A DNA stretch of 64,000 nucleotides from Blastocladiella emersonii ATCC 22665. Its lineage: Eukaryota; Fungi; Blastocladiomycota. The stretch lies in contig JANHCV010000013.1 in the NCBI GenBank assembly GCA_025594325.1, positions 62,001 to 126,000 of the forward strand, given 5' to 3'. Both the position numbers and the translations under genes were made by a program. Below the pieces are notes generated by a model. It was given only the letters and a program-made list of their open reading frames with translations, ran no database searches and was not told the origin of the DNA. Positions 37,585-53,276 of this stretch are shown here, piece by piece; the stretch's first letter is position 1; each line of letters starts with the position of its first letter.

Positions 37585-40500
37585 AACGCACCACGCGCTG
37601 CGCACACGGCGCAAACGGCCACCCTGGTGACACGCACACTCGCATGAACGGCAGGCATGCAAGGCGTCCTGAACTCAACGATGATATATCGTCTAGGTCT
37701 GCTCGCTCCAACGGGTGCGCCTGCCTGCCCTCCCTGTGCCATGGATTGATTGATTCATGTCCAGTGCTGCCCCCATGCTTGCTTTCATGGCCGCGGGGTC
37801 CGTCAGGACGCCTTGCAATGGGTGCGCCAACCCCTGTTGCCAGCCATGTGGCAAGAAACACCACAGCACCTGCGTCGCCCTGGCCACCGTACCTTGCAAA
37901 CAGCGTAGCAGCCGTACTGCTTCAGAGGGCTGCAGAGGGCTGGCTGCGGAGGGCTGAGGCGGCAGGGCTCCTCCTGCAGGAGACAGTGCTGGGGCCAAGG
38001 AGTTAGTGCTAGGGACTACTAACTGAATGGTGAATGACCCACACACCACATGCTCCTGGCAGGAGTGCGTGTGGGCGCGTGGGCCTGTGTCCGTGCGTGC
38101 CTGGATTAGTCCTCCATCACAAGTGACCAAGGTGACCAAGGTGACCAAGGTGACCAAGGTGACCAAGGTGACATGCAAGCACCAAGTTAGAGCGGCGGGG
38201 CAGCCATGGAAAGAAGGGCACAGGTACAAACTACCGTACCCTGGCCGCGGCCACTTGTCGCAGAACAGCCCTGCATGGCTCAGGACGCGGCGGGCGTTGG
38301 AGACAGGGTAGGTAGGTAGGTAGCAGCAGCAGCAGCAAGGAGCAGGACCTGGCTGGCAAACAACACAAGTGAAGGCGTGCGTGATGGAGTAAGAGAGTGT
38401 TGAATGAATGGATGGGTGGATGCGATGCAGACCAGCATACGTGTCGTGCGTCGTCCGGATTGGTCGGCGACCACCCGCCAATCCTGCGGCATGGCTGTGG
38501 GGGCGGCAGTGGTGGTAGTGGAGCTAGAGTGGTGTCGTGGGGCTGGTGGGGTCCCCTCTCCTTCCTGTCTCGCCTAGGTGGGTGGGCGGACGTAGCGCGC
38601 ATGCGGGCGGGCAAGGTAGGAACGTTGTTCAAGCAATGGATCATGTACTTTATGGCATGTGATCTGCAAGACAGGGAGGGGGAGCGACTGTGTCTAATTT
38701 TGACCGAGGGACCTTGCTGCAGCCAACGTCTGGCCCAATCCGACCCTCCACAAATCGCAACATGCACGAAACAAATTAGCTGACGTTTGGGATGTACCAA
38801 ACCAGCCACGTAGATAACTTTCATGGTACTCAAACAAGACCATACTCAAATCTTTGACTTCCTGCATGTCCAGCTAGCCAGGCTTCTGTAAATCACATTG
38901 ATGACGCAACAAAATATCTGGCCATAAGAATATTGTAAACCAGCCACTCTGGCAATTGTCATGGCACTCAAACAAAACCATATTCAAATCTTCGACTTCC
39001 CGCATGCCCATGTGGGCAAGGACCTATAAATCACAGTATCGAACCAACAAAATATCTGACCATAGAAACATAGTATACCAGCCACGAGGACAATTGTCAT
39101 GGTACTCAAACAAAACCATATTCAAATCTTTGACTATTCACATGTCTAGCTGGTTGGCGACCCATAAATCGTAACATTGGAGCAACAAAATATCTGACCA
39201 CGGAAATACAGTAAACAAGCCCCGGAGATAATTGTCATGGTTCTCAAACAAAACCATATTCAGATCTTTGAATACCCCATGTCCAGGTGGTTGGGGGCCC
39301 AGAAATCGTAACATCGAACCAACAAAATATTTGACCATAGAAATATACTAAACCAGCCACGTACGTAATTGTCGCGTTACTTAAACAAAACCATACTCAA
39401 AACTTTGACTTCCCGCATGTTCACCTAGCCAGGTACCCATAAATCACAGTATCGAGCCAACAAAAGATCTGACAATGGAAATATAGTAAACCGGCCGCGG
39501 AGAGAATTCTCATGGTACTCAAATGAAACCATACTCAAATCTATGACTTCCCACATGTCCAGCTGGTTGAGGACCCATAAATCGTAACGTCAAAGCAACA
39601 ATGTATCTGACCATGGGAATATAGTAAACGAGCCCCGGAGATAATTGTCATGGTACGCAAACAAAACCATACTCAAGTCTATGCCTTCCCACATGTCCAG
39701 CTGGTTGGGGATCCATAAATCCCAGTATCGAACCAACAAGATATCTGACCATTGGACTATATGTAACCGATCCCGTAGGTAATTGTCATGATACCCAAAC
39801 AAAACCATATTCAAATCTTTCACATCCCGCATGTCCAGCTAGCCAGGGACCCATAAATCACAGTATCCAACCAACAAAGTATCTGACCAAAGAAAGATCA
39901 TAAACCAGCCACGCAGATAATTGTCATGGTATTCAAACAAAACCATACTCAAATCTTCGAATACCCGATGTCCAGGTGGGCAAGGGCCTATACATCACAG
40001 TGTTGAACCAACAAAGTATCTGACGATCGGGATGTATCAAACCGGCCATGCTGATAATTGTCATGGTACTCAAACATAATCATAGTCAAGTCTTCGAATA
40101 TCCTCACGTCCACGTGGGCAAGGACCCAAAGCGCCAGGTATCCAAATCTACCCCGTTGTGCACACTCTCCATTATCCAAGTCTGTCATCCTACAATTTTG
40201 GAACCCGTCGGCAAAGCTCACGGTCCAATCAACGAACAACAGCCAACCTGCCAACCTGGCTACCTACCTGCCTACCTGCCTAGCTGGCTATCTGCCTACC
40301 TGCAAACCTGCCAACCTGCCCTACCTGCTAACCAAACACACACACCGCCTCGCAAGTCCTTGTGGGCCCGCGCTCTCTGGTTGCCGTCCCAGCCAACAAA
40401 GGAATGAATGATGAGCCCTGGCAGCCTGGCAGCCTGCCACACTGACAGCCTGGCAGCCTGCCACACTGACAGCCTGGCAGCCTGCCACACTGACAGCCTG

Positions 40501-40732
40501 ACAGCGCCCACCCAGTAGTTATTAGCTACCTCGTATGTCGTCTGAGAGGGGTTCAGCAGTCAATATACGACTGGTCTCCTCCTGGCTGGCAGCTCTGCTG
40601 TCCACTCCAAGTCCTGCATGATGATGGGCCAAGGAGGGTTACGAGCAGCTCCTCTGTCTATCCGCGTGAAACCACTCACCCGCTGACGGATGTACACCAC
40701 GCACCGTGCAGCGCGCACAGCGCACAGCGCCC
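37585..40732. repeat. Unit U13 (3148 bp)
   Basis: A38391; 24-mer x3; G allele. Confidence 0.95.
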
Positions 40733-43700
40733 AACGCACCACGCGCTGCGCACACGGCGCAAACGGCCACCCTGGTGACACGCACACTCGCATGAACGGC
40801 AGGCATGCAAGGCGTCCTGAACTCAACGATGATATATCGTCTAGGTCTGCTCGCTCCAACGGGTGCGCCTGCCTGCCCTCCCTGTGCCATGGATTGATTG
40901 ATTCATGTCCAGTGCTGCCCCCATGCTTGCTTTCATGGCCGCGGGGTCCGTCAGGACGCCTTGCAATGGGTGCGCCAACCCCTGTTGCCAGCCATGTGGC
41001 AAGAAACACCACAGCACCTGCGTCGCCCTGGCCACCGTACCTTGCAAACAGCGTAGCAGCCGTACTGCTTCAGAGGGCTGCAGAGGGCTGGCTGCGGAGG
41101 GCTGAGGCGGCAGGGCTCCTCCTGCAGGAGACAGTGCTGGGGCCAAGGAGTTAGTGCTAGGGACTACTAACTGAATGGTGAATGACCCACACACCACATG
41201 CTCCTGGCAGGAGTGCGTGTGGGCGCGTGGGCCTGTGTCCGTGCGTGCCTGGATTAGTCCTCCATCACAAGTGACCAAGGTGACCAAGGTGACCAAGGTG
41301 ACCAAGGTGACCAAGGTGACATGCAAGCACCAAGTTAGAGCGGCGGGGCAGCCATGGAAAGAAGGGCACAGGTACAAACTACCGTACCCTGGCCGCGGCC
41401 ACTTGTCGCAGAACAGCCCTGCATGGCTCAGGACGCGGCGGGCGTTGGAGACAGGGTAGGTAGGTAGGTAGCAGCAGCAGCAGCAAGGAGCAGGACCTGG
41501 CTGGCAAACAACACAAGTGAAGGCGTGCGTGATGGAGTAAGAGAGTGTTGAATGAATGGATGGGTGGATGCGATGCAGACCAGCATACGTGTCGTGCGTC
41601 GTCCGGATTGGTCGGCGACCACCCGCCAATCCTGCGGCATGGCTGTGGGGGCGGCAGTGGTGGTAGTGGAGCTAGAGTGGTGTCGTGGGGCTGGTGGGGT
41701 CCCCTCTCCTTCCTGTCTCGCCTAGGTGGGTGGGCGGACGTAGCGCGCATGCGGGCGGGCAAGGTAGGAACGTTGTTCAAGCAATGGATCATGTACTTTA
41801 TGGCATGTGATCTGCAAGACAGGGAGGGGGAGCGACTGTGTCTAATTTTGACCGAGGGACCTTGCTGCAGCCAACGTCTGGCCCAATCCGACCCTCCACA
41901 AATCGCAACATGCACGAAACAAATTAGCTGACGTTTGGGATGTACCAAACCAGCCACGTAGATAACTTTCATGGTACTCAAACAAGACCATACTCAAATC
42001 TTTGACTTCCTGCATGTCCAGCTAGCCAGGCTTCTGTAAATCACATTGATGACGCAACAAAATATCTGGCCATAAGAATATTGTAAACCAGCCACTCTGG
42101 CAATTGTCATGGCACTCAAACAAAACCATATTCAAATCTTCGACTTCCCGCATGCCCATGTGGGCAAGGACCTATAAATCACAGTATCGAACCAACAAAA
42201 TATCTGACCATAGAAACATAGTATACCAGCCACGAGGACAATTGTCATGGTACTCAAACAAAACCATATTCAAATCTTTGACTATTCACATGTCTAGCTG
42301 GTTGGCGACCCATAAATCGTAACATTGGAGCAACAAAATATCTGACCACGGAAATACAGTAAACAAGCCCCGGAGATAATTGTCATGGTTCTCAAACAAA
42401 ACCATATTCAGATCTTTGAATACCCCATGTCCAGGTGGTTGGGGGCCCAGAAATCGTAACATCGAACCAACAAAATATTTGACCATAGAAATATACTAAA
42501 CCAGCCACGTACGTAATTGTCGCGTTACTTAAACAAAACCATACTCAAAACTTTGACTTCCCGCATGTTCACCTAGCCAGGTACCCATAAATCACAGTAT
42601 CGAGCCAACAAAAGATCTGACAATGGAAATATAGTAAACCGGCCGCGGAGAGAATTCTCATGGTACTCAAATGAAACCATACTCAAATCTATGACTTCCC
42701 ACATGTCCAGCTGGTTGAGGACCCATAAATCGTAACGTCAAAGCAACAATGTATCTGACCATGGGAATATAGTAAACGAGCCCCGGAGATAATTGTCATG
42801 GTACGCAAACAAAACCATACTCAAGTCTATGCCTTCCCACATGTCCAGCTGGTTGGGGATCCATAAATCCCAGTATCGAACCAACAAGATATCTGACCAT
42901 TGGACTATATGTAACCGATCCCGTAGGTAATTGTCATGATACCCAAACAAAACCATATTCAAATCTTTCACATCCCGCATGTCCAGCTAGCCAGGGACCC
43001 ATAAATCACAGTATCCAACCAACAAAGTATCTGACCAAAGAAAGATCATAAACCAGCCACGCAGATAATTGTCATGGTATTCAAACAAAACCATACTCAA
43101 ATCTTCGAATACCCGATGTCCAGGTGGGCAAGGGCCTATACATCACAGTGTTGAACCAACAAAGTATCTGACGATCGGGATGTATCAAACCGGCCATGCT
43201 GATAATTGTCATGGTACTCAAACATAATCATAGTCAAGTCTTCGAATATCCTCACGTCCACGTGGGCAAGGACCCAAAGCGCCAGGTATCCAAATCTACC
43301 CCGTTGTGCACACTCTCCATTATCCAAGTCTGTCATCCTACAATTTTGGAACCCGTCGGCAAAGCTCACGGTCCAATCAACGAACAACAGCCAACCTGCC
43401 AACCTGGCTACCTACCTGCCTACCTGCCTAGCTGGCTATCTGCCTACCTGCAAACCTGCCAACCTGCCCTACCTGCTAACCAAACACACACACCGCCTCG
43501 CAAGTCCTTGTGGGCCCGCGCTCTCTGGTTGCCGTCCCAGCCAACAAAGGAATGAATGATGAGCCCTGGCAGCCTGGCAGCCTGCCACACTGACAGCCTG
43601 GCAGCCTGCCACACTGACAGCCTGGCAGCCTGCCACACTGACAGCCTGACAGCGCCCACCCAGTAGTTATTAGCTACCTCGTATGTCGTCTGAGAGGGGT

Positions 43701-43880
43701 TCAGCAGTCAATATACGACTGGTCTCCTCCTGGCTGGCAGCTCTGCTGTCCACTCCAAGTCCTGCATGATGATGGGCCAAGGAGGGTTACGAGCAGCTCC
43801 TCTGTCTATCCGCGTGAAACCACTCACCCGCTGACGGATGTACACCACGCACCGTGCAGCGCGCACAGCGCACAGCGCCC
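40733..43880. repeat. Unit U14 (3148 bp)
   Basis: A41539; 24-mer x3; G allele. Confidence 0.95.
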
Positions 43881-46800
43881 AACGCACCACGCGCTGCGCA
43901 CACGGCGCAAACGGCCACCCTGGTGACACGCACACTCGCATGAACGGCAGGCATGCAAGGCGTCCTGAACTCAACGATGATATATCGTCTAGGTCTGCTC
44001 GCTCCAACGGGTGCGCCTGCCTGCCCTCCCTGTGCCATGGATTGATTGATTCATGTCCAGTGCTGCCCCCATGCTTGCTTTCATGGCCGCGGGGTCCGTC
44101 AGGACGCCTTGCAATGGGTGCGCCAACCCCTGTTGCCAGCCATGTGGCAAGAAACACCACAGCACCTGCGTCGCCCTGGCCACCGTACCTTGCAAACAGC
44201 GTAGCAGCCGTACTGCTTCAGAGGGCTGCAGAGGGCTGGCTGCGGAGGGCTGAGGCGGCAGGGCTCCTCCTGCAGGAGACAGTGCTGGGGCCAAGGAGTT
44301 AGTGCTAGGGACTACTAACTGAATGGTGAATGACCCACACACCACATGCTCCTGGCAGGAGTGCGTGTGGGCGCGTGGGCCTGTGTCCGTGCGTGCCTGG
44401 ATTAGTCCTCCATCACAAGTGACCAAGGTGACCAAGGTGACCAAGGTGACCAAGGTGACCAAGGTGACATGCAAGCACCAAGTTAGAGCGGCGGGGCAGC
44501 CATGGAAAGAAGGGCACAGGTACAAACTACCGTACCCTGGCCGCGGCCACTTGTCGCAGAACAGCCCTGCATGGCTCAGGACGCGGCGGGCGTTGGAGAC
44601 AGGGTAGGTAGGTAGGTAGCAGCAGCAGCAGCAAGGAGCAGGACCTGGCTGGCAAACAACACAAGTGAAGGCGTGCGTGATGGAGTGAGAGAGTGTTGAA
44701 TGAATGGATGGGTGGATGCGATGCAGACCAGCATACGTGTCGTGCGTCGTCCGGATTGGTCGGCGACCACCCGCCAATCCTGCGGCATGGCTGTGGGGGC
44801 GGCAGTGGTGGTAGTGGAGCTAGAGTGGTGTCGTGGGGCTGGTGGGGTCCCCTCTCCTTCCTGTCTCGCCTAGGTGGGTGGGCGGACGTAGCGCGCATGC
44901 GGGCGGGCAAGGTAGGAACGTTGTTCAAGCAATGGATCATGTACTTTATGGCATGTGATCTGCAAGACAGGGAGGGGGAGCGACTGTGTCTAATTTTGAC
45001 CGAGGGACCTTGCTGCAGCCAACGTCTGGCCCAATCCGACCCTCCACAAATCGCAACATGCACGAAACAAATTAGCTGACGTTTGGGATGTACCAAACCA
45101 GCCACGTAGATAACTTTCATGGTACTCAAACAAGACCATACTCAAATCTTTGACTTCCTGCATGTCCAGCTAGCCAGGCTTCTGTAAATCACATTGATGA
45201 CGCAACAAAATATCTGGCCATAAGAATATTGTAAACCAGCCACTCTGGCAATTGTCATGGCACTCAAACAAAACCATATTCAAATCTTCGACTTCCCGCA
45301 TGCCCATGTGGGCAAGGACCTATAAATCACAGTATCGAACCAACAAAATATCTGACCATAGAAACATAGTATACCAGCCACGAGGACAATTGTCATGGTA
45401 CTCAAACAAAACCATATTCAAATCTTTGACTATTCACATGTCTAGCTGGTTGGCGACCCATAAATCGTAACATTGGAGCAACAAAATATCTGACCACGGA
45501 AATACAGTAAACAAGCCCCGGAGATAATTGTCATGGTTCTCAAACAAAACCATATTCAGATCTTTGAATACCCCATGTCCAGGTGGTTGGGGGCCCAGAA
45601 ATCGTAACATCGAACCAACAAAATATTTGACCATAGAAATATACTAAACCAGCCACGTACGTAATTGTCGCGTTACTTAAACAAAACCATACTCAAAACT
45701 TTGACTTCCCGCATGTTCACCTAGCCAGGTACCCATAAATCACAGTATCGAGCCAACAAAAGATCTGACAATGGAAATATAGTAAACCGGCCGCGGAGAG
45801 AATTCTCATGGTACTCAAATGAAACCATACTCAAATCTATGACTTCCCACATGTCCAGCTGGTTGAGGACCCATAAATCGTAACGTCAAAGCAACAATGT
45901 ATCTGACCATGGGAATATAGTAAACGAGCCCCGGAGATAATTGTCATGGTACGCAAACAAAACCATACTCAAGTCTATGCCTTCCCACATGTCCAGCTGG
46001 TTGGGGATCCATAAATCCCAGTATCGAACCAACAAGATATCTGACCATTGGACTATATGTAACCGATCCCGTAGGTAATTGTCATGATACCCAAACAAAA
46101 CCATATTCAAATCTTTCACATCCCGCATGTCCAGCTAGCCAGGGACCCATAAATCACAGTATCCAACCAACAAAGTATCTGACCAAAGAAAGATCATAAA
46201 CCAGCCACGCAGATAATTGTCATGGTATTCAAACAAAACCATACTCAAATCTTCGAATACCCGATGTCCAGGTGGGCAAGGGCCTATACATCACAGTGTT
46301 GAACCAACAAAGTATCTGACGATCGGGATGTATCAAACCGGCCATGCTGATAATTGTCATGGTACTCAAACATAATCATAGTCAAGTCTTCGAATATCCT
46401 CACGTCCACGTGGGCAAGGACCCAAAGCGCCAGGTATCCAAATCTACCCCGTTGTGCACACTCTCCATTATCCAAGTCTGTCATCCTACAATTTTGGAAC
46501 CCGTCGGCAAAGCTCACGGTCCAATCAACGAACAACAGCCAACCTGCCAACCTGGCTACCTACCTGCCTACCTGCCTAGCTGGCTATCTGCCTACCTGCA
46601 AACCTGCCAACCTGCCCTACCTGCTAACCAAACACACACACCGCCTCGCAAGTCCTTGTGGGCCCGCGCTCTCTGGTTGCCGTCCCAGCCAACAAAGGAA
46701 TGAATGATGAGCCCTGGCAGCCTGGCAGCCTGCCACACTGACAGCCTGGCAGCCTGCCACACTGACAGCCTGGCAGCCTGCCACACTGACAGCCTGACAG

Positions 46801-47028
46801 CGCCCACCCAGTAGTTATTAGCTACCTCGTATGTCGTCTGAGAGGGGTTCAGCAGTCAATATACGACTGGTCTCCTCCTGGCTGGCAGCTCTGCTGTCCA
46901 CTCCAAGTCCTGCATGATGATGGGCCAAGGAGGGTTACGAGCAGCTCCTCTGTCTATCCGCGTGAAACCACTCACCCGCTGACGGATGTACACCACGCAC
47001 CGTGCAGCGCGCACAGCGCACAGCGCCC
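43881..47028. repeat. Unit U15 (3148 bp)
   Basis: 24-mer x3; G allele. Confidence 0.95.
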
Positions 47029-50000
47029 AACGCACCACGCGCTGCGCACACGGCGCAAACGGCCACCCTGGTGACACGCACACTCGCATGAACGGCAGGC
47101 ATGCAAGGCGTCCTGAACTCAACGATGATATATCGTCTAGGTCTGCTCGCTCCAACGGGTGCGCCTGCCTGCCCTCCCTGTGCCATGGATTGATTGATTC
47201 ATGTCCAGTGCTGCCCCCATGCTTGCTTTCATGGCCGCGGGGTCCGTCAGGACGCCTTGCAATGGGTGCGCCAACCCCTGTTGCCAGCCATGTGGCAAGA
47301 AACACCACAGCACCTGCGTCGCCCTGGCCACCGTACCTTGCAAACAGCGTAGCAGCCGTACTGCTTCAGAGGGCTGCAGAGGGCTGGCTGCGGAGGGCTG
47401 AGGCGGCAGGGCTCCTCCTGCAGGAGACAGTGCTGGGGCCAAGGAGTTAGTGCTAGGGACTACTAACTGAATGGTGAATGACCCACACACCACATGCTCC
47501 TGGCAGGAGTGCGTGTGGGCGCGTGGGCCTGTGTCCGTGCGTGCCTGGATTAGTCCTCCATCACAAGTGACCAAGGTGACCAAGGTGACCAAGGTGACCA
47601 AGGTGACCAAGGTGACATGCAAGCACCAAGTTAGAGCGGCGGGGCAGCCATGGAAAGAAGGGCACAGGTACAAACTACCGTACCCTGGCCGCGGCCACTA
47701 GTCGCAGAACAGCCCTGCATGGCTCAGGACGCGGCGGGCGTTGGAGACAGGGTAGGTAGGTAGGTAGCAGCAGCAGCAGCAAGGAGCAGGACCTGGCTGG
47801 CAAACAACACAAGTGAAGGCGTGCGTGATGGAGTGAGAGAGTGTTGAATGAATGGATGGGTGGATGCGATGCAGACCAGCATACGTGTCGTGCGTCGTCC
47901 GGATTGGTCGGCGACCACCCGCCAATCCTGCGGCATGGCTGTGGGGGCGGCAGTGGTGGTAGTGGAGCTAGAGTGGTGTCGTGGGGCTGGTGGGGTCCCC
48001 TCTCCTTCCTGTCTCGCCTAGGTGGGTGGGCGGACGTAGCGCGCATGCGGGCGGGCAAGGTAGGAACGTTGTTCAAGCAATGGATCATGTACTTTATGGC
48101 ATGTGATCTGCAAGACAGGGAGGGGGAGCGACTGTGTCTAATTTTGACCGAGGGACCTTGCTGCAGCCAACGTCTGGCCCAATCCGACCCTCCACAAATC
48201 GCAACATGCACGAAACAAATTAGCTGACGTTTGGGATGTACCAAACCAGCCACGTAGATAACTTTCATGGTACTCAAACAAGACCATACTCAAATCTTTG
48301 ACTTCCTGCATGTCCAGCTAGCCAGGCTTCTGTAAATCACATTGATGACGCAACAAAATATCTGGCCATAAGAATATTGTAAACCAGCCACTCTGGCAAT
48401 TGTCATGGCACTCAAACAAAACCATATTCAAATCTTCGACTTCCCGCATGCCCATGTGGGCAAGGACCTATAAATCACAGTATCGAACCAACAAAATATC
48501 TGACCATAGAAACATAGTATACCAGCCACGAGGACAATTGTCATGGTACTCAAACAAAACCATATTCAAATCTTTGACTATTCACATGTCTAGCTGGTTG
48601 GCGACCCATAAATCGTAACATTGGAGCAACAAAATATCTGACCACGGAAATACAGTAAACAAGCCCCGGAGATAATTGTCATGGTTCTCAAACAAAACCA
48701 TATTCAGATCTTTGAATACCCCATGTCCAGGTGGTTGGGGGCCCAGAAATCGTAACATCGAACCAACAAAATATTTGACCATAGAAATATACTAAACCAG
48801 CCACGTACGTAATTGTCGCGTTACTTAAACAAAACCATACTCAAAACTTTGACTTCCCGCATGTTCACCTAGCCAGGTACCCATAAATCACAGTATCGAG
48901 CCAACAAAAGATCTGACAATGGAAATATAGTAAACCGGCCGCGGAGAGAATTCTCATGGTACTCAAATGAAACCATACTCAAATCTATGACTTCCCACAT
49001 GTCCAGCTGGTTGAGGACCCATAAATCGTAACGTCAAAGCAACAATGTATCTGACCATGGGAATATAGTAAACGAGCCCCGGAGATAATTGTCATGGTAC
49101 GCAAACAAAACCATACTCAAGTCTATGCCTTCCCACATGTCCAGCTGGTTGGGGATCCATAAATCCCAGTATCGAACCAACAAGATATCTGACCATTGGA
49201 CTATATGTAACCGATCCCGTAGGTAATTGTCATGATACCCAAACAAAACCATATTCAAATCTTTCACATCCCGCATGTCCAGCTAGCCAGGGACCCATAA
49301 ATCACAGTATCCAACCAACAAAGTATCTGACCAAAGAAAGATCATAAACCAGCCACGCAGATAATTGTCATGGTATTCAAACAAAACCATACTCAAATCT
49401 TCGAATACCCGATGTCCAGGTGGGCAAGGGCCTATACATCACAGTGTTGAACCAACAAAGTATCTGACGATCGGGATGTATCAAACCGGCCATGCTGATA
49501 ATTGTCATGGTACTCAAACATAATCATAGTCGAGTCTTCGAATATCCTCACGTCCACGTGGGCAAGGACCCAAAGCGCCAGGTATCCAAATCTACCCCGT
49601 TGTGCACACTCTCCATTATCCAAGTCTGTCATCCTACAATTTTGGAACCCGTCGGCAAAGCTCACGGTCCAATCAACGAACAACAGCCAACCTGCCAACC
49701 TGGCTACCTACCTGCCTACCTGCCTAGCTGGCTATCTGCCTACCTGCAAACCTGCCAACCTGCCCTACCTGCTAACCAAACACACACACCGCCTCGCAAG
49801 TCCTTGTGGGCCCGCGCTCTCTGGTTGCCGTCCCAGCCAACAAAGGAATGAATGATGAGCCCTGGCAGCCTGGCAGCCTGCCACACTGACAGCCTGGCAG
49901 CCTGCCACACTGACAGCCTGACAGCGCCCACCCAGTAGTTATTAGCTACCTCGTATGTCATCTGAGAGGGGTTCAGCAGTCAATATACGACTGGTCTCCT

Positions 50001-50152
50001 CCTGGCTGGCAGCTCTGCTGTCCACTCCAAGTCCTGCATGATGATGGGCCAAGGAGCGTTACGAGCAGCTCCTCTGTCTATCCGCGTGAAACCACTCACC
50101 CGCTGACGGATGTACACCACGCACCGTGCAGCGCGCACAGCGCACAGCGCCC
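47029..50152. repeat. Unit U16 (3124 bp)
   Basis: Variants A47700, G49532 and A49960; C allele. Confidence 0.95.
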
Positions 50153-53100
50153 AACGCACCACGCGCTGCGCACACGGCGCAAACGGCCACCCTGGTGACA
50201 CGCACACTCGCATGAACGGCAGGCATGCAAGGCGTCCTGAACTCAACGATGATATATCGTCTAGGTCTGCTCGCTCCAACGGGTGCGCCTGCCTGCCCTC
50301 CCTGTGCCATGGATTGATTGATTCATGTCCAGTGCTGCCCCCATGCTTGCTTTCATGGCCGCGGGGTCCGTCAGGACGCCTTGCAATGGGTGCGCCAACC
50401 CCTGTTGCCAGCCATGTGGCAAGAAACACCACAGCACCTGCGTCGCCCTGGCCACCGTACCTTGCAAACAGCGTAGCAGCCGTACTGCTTCAGAGGGCTG
50501 CAGAGGGCTGGCTGCGGAGGGCTGAGGCGGCAGGGCTCCTCCTGCAGGAGACAGTGCTGGGGCCAAGGAGTTAGTGCTAGGGACTACTAACTGAATGGTG
50601 AATGACCCACACACCACATGCTCCTGGCAGGAGTGCGTGTGGGCGCGTGGGCCTGTGTCCGTGCGTGCCTGGATTAGTCCTCCATCACAAGTGACCAAGG
50701 TGACCAAGGTGACCAAGGTGACCAAGGTGACCAAGGTGACATGCAAGCACCAAGTTAGAGCGGCGGGGCAGCCATGGAAAGAAGGGCACAGGTACAAACT
50801 ACCGTACCCTGGCCGCGGCCACTAGTCGCAGAACAGCCCTGCATGGCTCAGGACGCGGCGGGCGTTGGAGACAGGGTAGGTAGGTAGGTAGCAGCAGCAG
50901 CAGCAAGGAGCAGGACCTGGCTGGCAAACAACACAAGTGAAGGCGTGCGTGATGGAGTGAGAGAGTGTTGAATGAATGGATGGGTGGATGCGATGCAGAC
51001 CAGCATACGTGTCGTGCGTCGTCCGGATTGGTCGGCGACCACCCGCCAATCCTGCGGCATGGCTGTGGGGGCGGCAGTGGTGGTAGTGGAGCTAGAGTGG
51101 TGTCGTGGGGCTGGTGGGGTCCCCTCTCCTTCCTGTCTCGCCTAGGTGGGTGGGCGGACGTAGCGCGCATGCGGGCGGGCAAGGTAGGAACGTTGTTCAA
51201 GCAATGGATCATGTACTTTATGGCATGTGATCTGCAAGACAGGGAGGGGGAGCGACTGTGTCTAATTTTGACCGAGGGACCTTGCTGCAGCCAACGTCTG
51301 GCCCAATCCGACCCTCCACAAATCGCAACATGCACGAAACAAATTAGCTGACGTTTGGGATGTACCAAACCAGCCACGTAGATAACTTTCATGGTACTCA
51401 AACAAGACCATACTCAAATCTTTGACTTCCTGCATGTCCAGCTAGCCAGGCTTCTGTAAATCACATTGATGACGCAACAAAATATCTGGCCATAAGAATA
51501 TTGTAAACCAGCCACTCTGGCAATTGTCATGGCACTCAAACAAAACCATATTCAAATCTTCGACTTCCCGCATGCCCATGTGGGCAAGGACCTATAAATC
51601 ACAGTATCGAACCAACAAAATATCTGACCATAGAAACATAGTATACCAGCCACGAGGACAATTGTCATGGTACTCAAACAAAACCATATTCAAATCTTTG
51701 ACTATTCACATGTCTAGCTGGTTGGCGACCCATAAATCGTAACATTGGAGCAACAAAATATCTGACCACGGAAATACAGTAAACAAGCCCCGGAGATAAT
51801 TGTCATGGTTCTCAAACAAAACCATATTCAGATCTTTGAATACCCCATGTCCAGGTGGTTGGGGGCCCAGAAATCGTAACATCGAACCAACAAAATATTT
51901 GACCATAGAAATATACTAAACCAGCCACGTACGTAATTGTCGCGTTACTTAAACAAAACCATACTCAAAACTTTGACTTCCCGCATGTTCACCTAGCCAG
52001 GTACCCATAAATCACAGTATCGAGCCAACAAAAGATCTGACAATGGAAATATAGTAAACCGGCCGCGGAGAGAATTCTCATGGTACTCAAATGAAACCAT
52101 ACTCAAATCTATGACTTCCCACATGTCCAGCTGGTTGAGGACCCATAAATCGTAACGTCAAAGCAACAATGTATCTGACCATGGGAATATAGTAAACGAG
52201 CCCCGGAGATAATTGTCATGGTACGCAAACAAAACCATACTCAAGTCTATGCCTTCCCACATGTCCAGCTGGTTGGGGATCCATAAATCCCAGTATCGAA
52301 CCAACAAGATATCTGACCATTGGACTATATGTAACCGATCCCGTAGGTAATTGTCATGATACCCAAACAAAACCATATTCAAATCTTTCACATCCCGCAT
52401 GTCCAGCTAGCCAGGGACCCATAAATCACAGTATCCAACCAACAAAGTATCTGACCAAAGAAAGATCATAAACCAGCCACGCAGATAATTGTCATGGTAT
52501 TCAAACAAAACCATACTCAAATCTTCGAATACCCGATGTCCAGGTGGGCAAGGGCCTATACATCACAGTGTTGAACCAACAAAGTATCTGACGATCGGGA
52601 TGTATCAAACCGGCCATGCTGATAATTGTCATGGTACTCAAACATAATCATAGTCGAGTCTTCGAATATCCTCACGTCCACGTGGGCAAGGACCCAAAGC
52701 GCCAGGTATCCAAATCTACCCCGTTGTGCACACTCTCCATTATCCAAGTCTGTCATCCTACAATTTTGGAACCCGTCGGCAAAGCTCACGGTCCAATCAA
52801 CGAACAACAGCCAACCTGCCAACCTGGCTACCTACCTGCCTACCTGCCTAGCTGGCTATCTGCCTACCTGCAAACCTGCCAACCTGCCCTACCTGCTAAC
52901 CAAACACACACACCGCCTCGCAAGTCCTTGTGGGCCCGCGCTCTCTGGTTGCCGTCCCAGCCAACAAAGGAATGAATGATGAGCCCTGGCAGCCTGGCAG
53001 CCTGCCACACTGACAGCCTGGCAGCCTGCCACACTGACAGCCTGACAGCGCCCACCCAGTAGTTATTAGCTACCTCGTATGTCGTCTGAGAGGGGTTCAG

Positions 53101-53276
53101 CAGTCAATATACGACTGGTCTCCTCCTGGCTGGCAGCTCTGCTGTCCACTCCAAGTCCTGCATGATGATGGGCCAAGGAGCGTTACGAGCAGCTCCTCTG
53201 TCTATCCGCGTGAAACCACTCACCCGCTGACGGATGTACACCACGCACCGTGCAGCGCGCACAGCGCACAGCGCCC
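50153..53276. repeat. Unit U17 (3124 bp)
   Basis: Variants A50824 and G52656; C allele. Confidence 0.95.

Noticed and set aside
9776-41539. RIP-like mutation (three between-unit G-to-A changes in TG context)
   Set aside because: There are too few events, and a RIP-active genome would not leave 20 copies >99.5% identical and rich in CpA.
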